From assembly GCA_002269645.1 (NCBI GenBank), contig NIVC01001468.1, forward strand, positions 89,870 through 153,869: a stretch of DNA of 64,000 bases, in the 5' to 3' direction. Position 1 is the stretch's first letter; every line of letters starts with the position of its first letter. The notes under the pieces are model-generated. The model was not told the origin of the DNA. It did not search any database and was given only the letters and a program-made list of their open reading frames with translations. Below are positions 60,911 to 64,000 of this stretch, piece after piece. The translations under genes and the position numbers were made by a program. Origin of the DNA: Macrostomum lignano (lineage: Eukaryota).

Positions 60911-63806
60911 ATGGGATACAAGTGCTGTGTTCCAGCTTGTGTTACTAATTTGCCTCGGTATAAGAAGGACCCGACTGTTTCCATCCACAAGTTTCCTTCT
61001 TTCGAGAATCTGGATCTGCTGAACAAGTGGATCGCTACAATTCCTCGACAATGGACTGAGGCCGAGCTGTGTAAGCTGCGGTCTGACCCAAGTCACAACT
61101 CTCGGGTTTGCTCTCTGCATTTTCCAGCTAAGTTCTTTGTGACTGTCTCTATGGATTCCAACCCAAATCGCAAAAGGCCGGCATCTGACGATCCATCGAC
61201 TGCTACTGCTAAGCTGAAAAACCGGCGTCTGACAGATGATGCTGTGCCGTGCATCTTCCCGAATGTTGCATCCTACTTGAGCAAGGCCGTCCTGGAAGAG
61301 AGGCAAACGGTTTGTACATCGGCTGAGAGCCGTCGAGAGAACGACATCCAGCGTTGCGAGGTAGAAGCAGAGGAGCTTCTACAAAAGGATGTGATTTCTG
61401 ACTTCCACGCTATTGTGTCATACGATCTACCAGATCATCTAAGGTGCTTTTTCAAGGTGATCTCTGAATCGAGTGTAACCTTTTTTACAACTAGAATGTC
61501 CGGTGCCGGCAACTTGGAGATCGCCACATCGCTGAATGTTGGCCAAGAGCTGCTGTTTGAGGTCACAGTTGGTGGTGATAAGCAAGCCTCTTTTGCTGGA
61601 GATCTGGCAGCTGACGGCAGTCTTAAAACCTTTGCCCAACTTGAAAACATCCTAGCTAGGCTAAAAAATGTCCGTTTGGAAGATTGCCGGCATGGTTATG
61701 AGGAGCACCTCTTACTAGCTCAGGAGGCAGTCACGAAAGCTATCACCGACTTGTCAGCTAAGATTGAAGTCAAGAGTGATCAAGAGCTGGATACATGCAT
61801 TGAGGAGGCTGCTTTTGCTAAACTGAATTTTCTTGTCGAGCAGCTAAGCTTTTCGAGTTTGAAGAAGGGGAAGCTAACATACTCCAGCGAGCTACTTGCT
61901 TTTTCATACCTGTTGCAGCACCACAGCCAATCAACGTACAATTTCATTCGGAAATCCAACACAGTCAACCTCCCAAGTGTTAGGCATCTGCAGAGGCTTT
62001 CTTCCGGATTGAGCAATGACCCTGACATCAAGGCTACCGAAGATTATCTCAAGCTAAAAGTTGACAGCCTGCCTGAGTCTGAGAGGGTAGTGCTTCTTGC
62101 AATCGACGAATTTATTCGTCGAAGCGAATGGAATTCAGTGGAGGCAAGGTATTTGGCACTGACGCAGAAACCGATGAGCTCGCCAAACTGTGTGCGCTTT
62201 TTTGATCAAGTCGCTGCATGGAGACTTCCAGGAAGTAATTTCTCTTATTCCAAAAAGTAAGCTTAGTGCTCTGGACTTGCAAAATCACCTCACTGACTGC
62301 CTTGCTCTGCTTGATAGGGTTCACCTGAAGCCAGTGGTGTGCATTGTTGACAACAATGCAGTGAATAGGAGCCTCTTTCAGGGTCTTCTATGCAAAGGCA
62401 AGCTGCTATCATCAATTCCAAATCCGGTGTCTGGCGAGCCGCTGTTCCTTCTCTTCGACCCTGTACACAACTTTAAGAACATCTTGAACAATTGGATTTC
62501 GCGCCAGGTGTTTCAGTTTCCGGACTTTACCGATCCCCAGAAAATCCAAACAGCAGATTTTCGCGATTTGCACAAACTTCAAGAGCAAGAACTCGGGCAA
62601 CCAGCTCGGATCGCCTTTCAACTGAATACAAGGTCCTTGAATCCAACAAACCTGGAGAAGACTAATGTTCAGCACGCAGCCAGCATCTTCAGCGAGTCTA
62701 CTGTAGAAGCAGAAAAGTTATACAATTTTTCCTCTGGCTTGGTAGCTTTCCTAGCGCTCATTCTTAACATGTGGACGATCTGGAATGTCAAGACCACTAG
62801 GAAAGCGAAGGAAAAGCGGCTTCTCGACGCCGCTCCGCTGGTGCCGAACGATCACCGCCTCGACAAGCTGCGCCAGTTTGCCGCTTTCTTCCAACGTTGG
62901 AAGGATTCGAAGTTGCCCGGCTTGACTGCTCCCACTTTCCTTGCTGTTAAGTCCTGCTGTCTCACTCTTGCTGATCTTTCCGAGCACCTTTTCTCTAGGT
63001 TTTTATTTCCCTCTGTTTTGACAGGTAGGATAGTCAGTGACTGGATCGAGCGGCGCTTTGGTCGCTACCGCCAGTTTCATGGAGGCAACTATTTTGTTTC
63101 TGTCCGGCAGATCCTTCAAGCCGAGAAGAAAATTCGCGTTTCCAGCCTGCTTCAGTTTTATGGCCTTGGACTGAAAGATTTAAAAATTCTTGACCAGGCG
63201 AGTTCATCCGAGTTTTTTAATCCACACTTATCCGTGAAGCTTTCAGTTCTCCAGCATCTTGACGCCGCTCTTACATCTAGTGACCGAAACATTTGTTCCT
63301 ATCTTGGTGGCTACGTGTCTAAAGCTCTATGCGGCCAGCTGAAGTGCACTGACTGCAAGAATCTTCTACTTACTAACGATTACTTGGAGTTTATTGCCGA
63401 AGAGGATTGTGCTGACGACTTTGCCCTGATTCAAATGCGTGACCGAGGCGGTCTGAAGTGCCCCAGCAAATTCGTATTTTTTCTTTTGAAGGCATCCTAC
63501 TTCATGTTTGAACATCTGCGAGATTATAGTCTGTTAACTGCTGATCTTCTCACCTCTGGTAATTTAGTTCAAAATATTGTTGAGCTCTGCCAGGACTACG
63601 TGAGTGAATCCACTGATTTTACGACTCTTTCAAGCCAGACTTGCAGTTGTGGAAAGGCAGCTGCTACTCTTTCTTCGCGGATCTTAATTCCTGCAGTCCG
63701 GATTTATCTAAAGAATTTTGTCAATGAGACAAACGATGAGAAGGCGAAGAACCAGAAGGCGATGAATCGTAAGGCGTCCAAGCTTTCCAGCAAGAGTTCG
63801 AGTTAG
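60911..63806 (+). mobile_element. THAP-domain P-element-family (THAP9-like) transposase, about 930 aa, two 1-nt frameshifts at about 62111 and about 62187
   Basis: THAP C2CH: MGYKCCVPAC...HKFP...W...RVCSLHF. Catalytic motifs LAIDE, IVDNNAVN, FDPVHNFKN, DWIERRFGRYRQ..G.N. C-terminal CxxC motifs. Restoring two bases gives DEVYSSKRMEFSGGKVFG...AKTVCAFLIKS. TIRs not identified, and the right end may lie outside the window. Confidence 0.9.
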
Positions 63807-64000
63807 CTGTTTAATATGCGTTTTAACGAAGGGAAGCTCAGAGTTTAAGCGAAAGATTTTTCCTTTTGTGTATAATATTTAATGACGATTATTTATTTTT
63901 CAGTTTCATTCATTTGTTGTATAATTTTTAATTGCAGCCTTTTTTTTCCAAACAAACACGCATCAATTTATACACTTTTTCATACTGAGCGCACTGAAAT

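Overview
Eukaryotic, intron-containing invertebrate genomic DNA. GC-rich exons with poly-Q/poly-A tracts sit in AT-rich, minisatellite-dense introns, a style that resembles a free-living flatworm such as Macrostomum (inference only). Genes: an intronless RGG + helical + vWA (TROVE/Ro60-like) gene (minus, 3.2-5.0 kb); a 5-exon Q/P-rich disordered-protein gene (plus, 11.5-20.7 kb), apparently interleaved with antisense exons; a complete 4-exon RIOX1/NO66 JmjC oxygenase (minus, 24.4-32.9 kb); a 2-exon secreted six-cysteine precursor ending in an amidation signal (52.7-53.1 kb); and a secreted LamG/ConA-like gene with one frameshift (55.5-56.5 kb). Mobile DNA: a solo LTR, a decayed Ty3/gypsy element with both LTRs and 4-bp TSD, a full-length LOA-type APE-RT-RNaseH LINE with 13-bp TSD, two tRNA-derived SINEs, a possible MITE, and a THAP/P-element-type transposase. 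There are about 14 tandem arrays, and many ORFs in the supplied track are just translations of them. The best leads are the orphan amidated Cys-rich precursor, CpG-directed decay of the gypsy LTRs, a gypsy element with no PPT but a terminal palindrome and an extra ORF, the RGG-TROVE-like protein, and the interleaved antisense gene.
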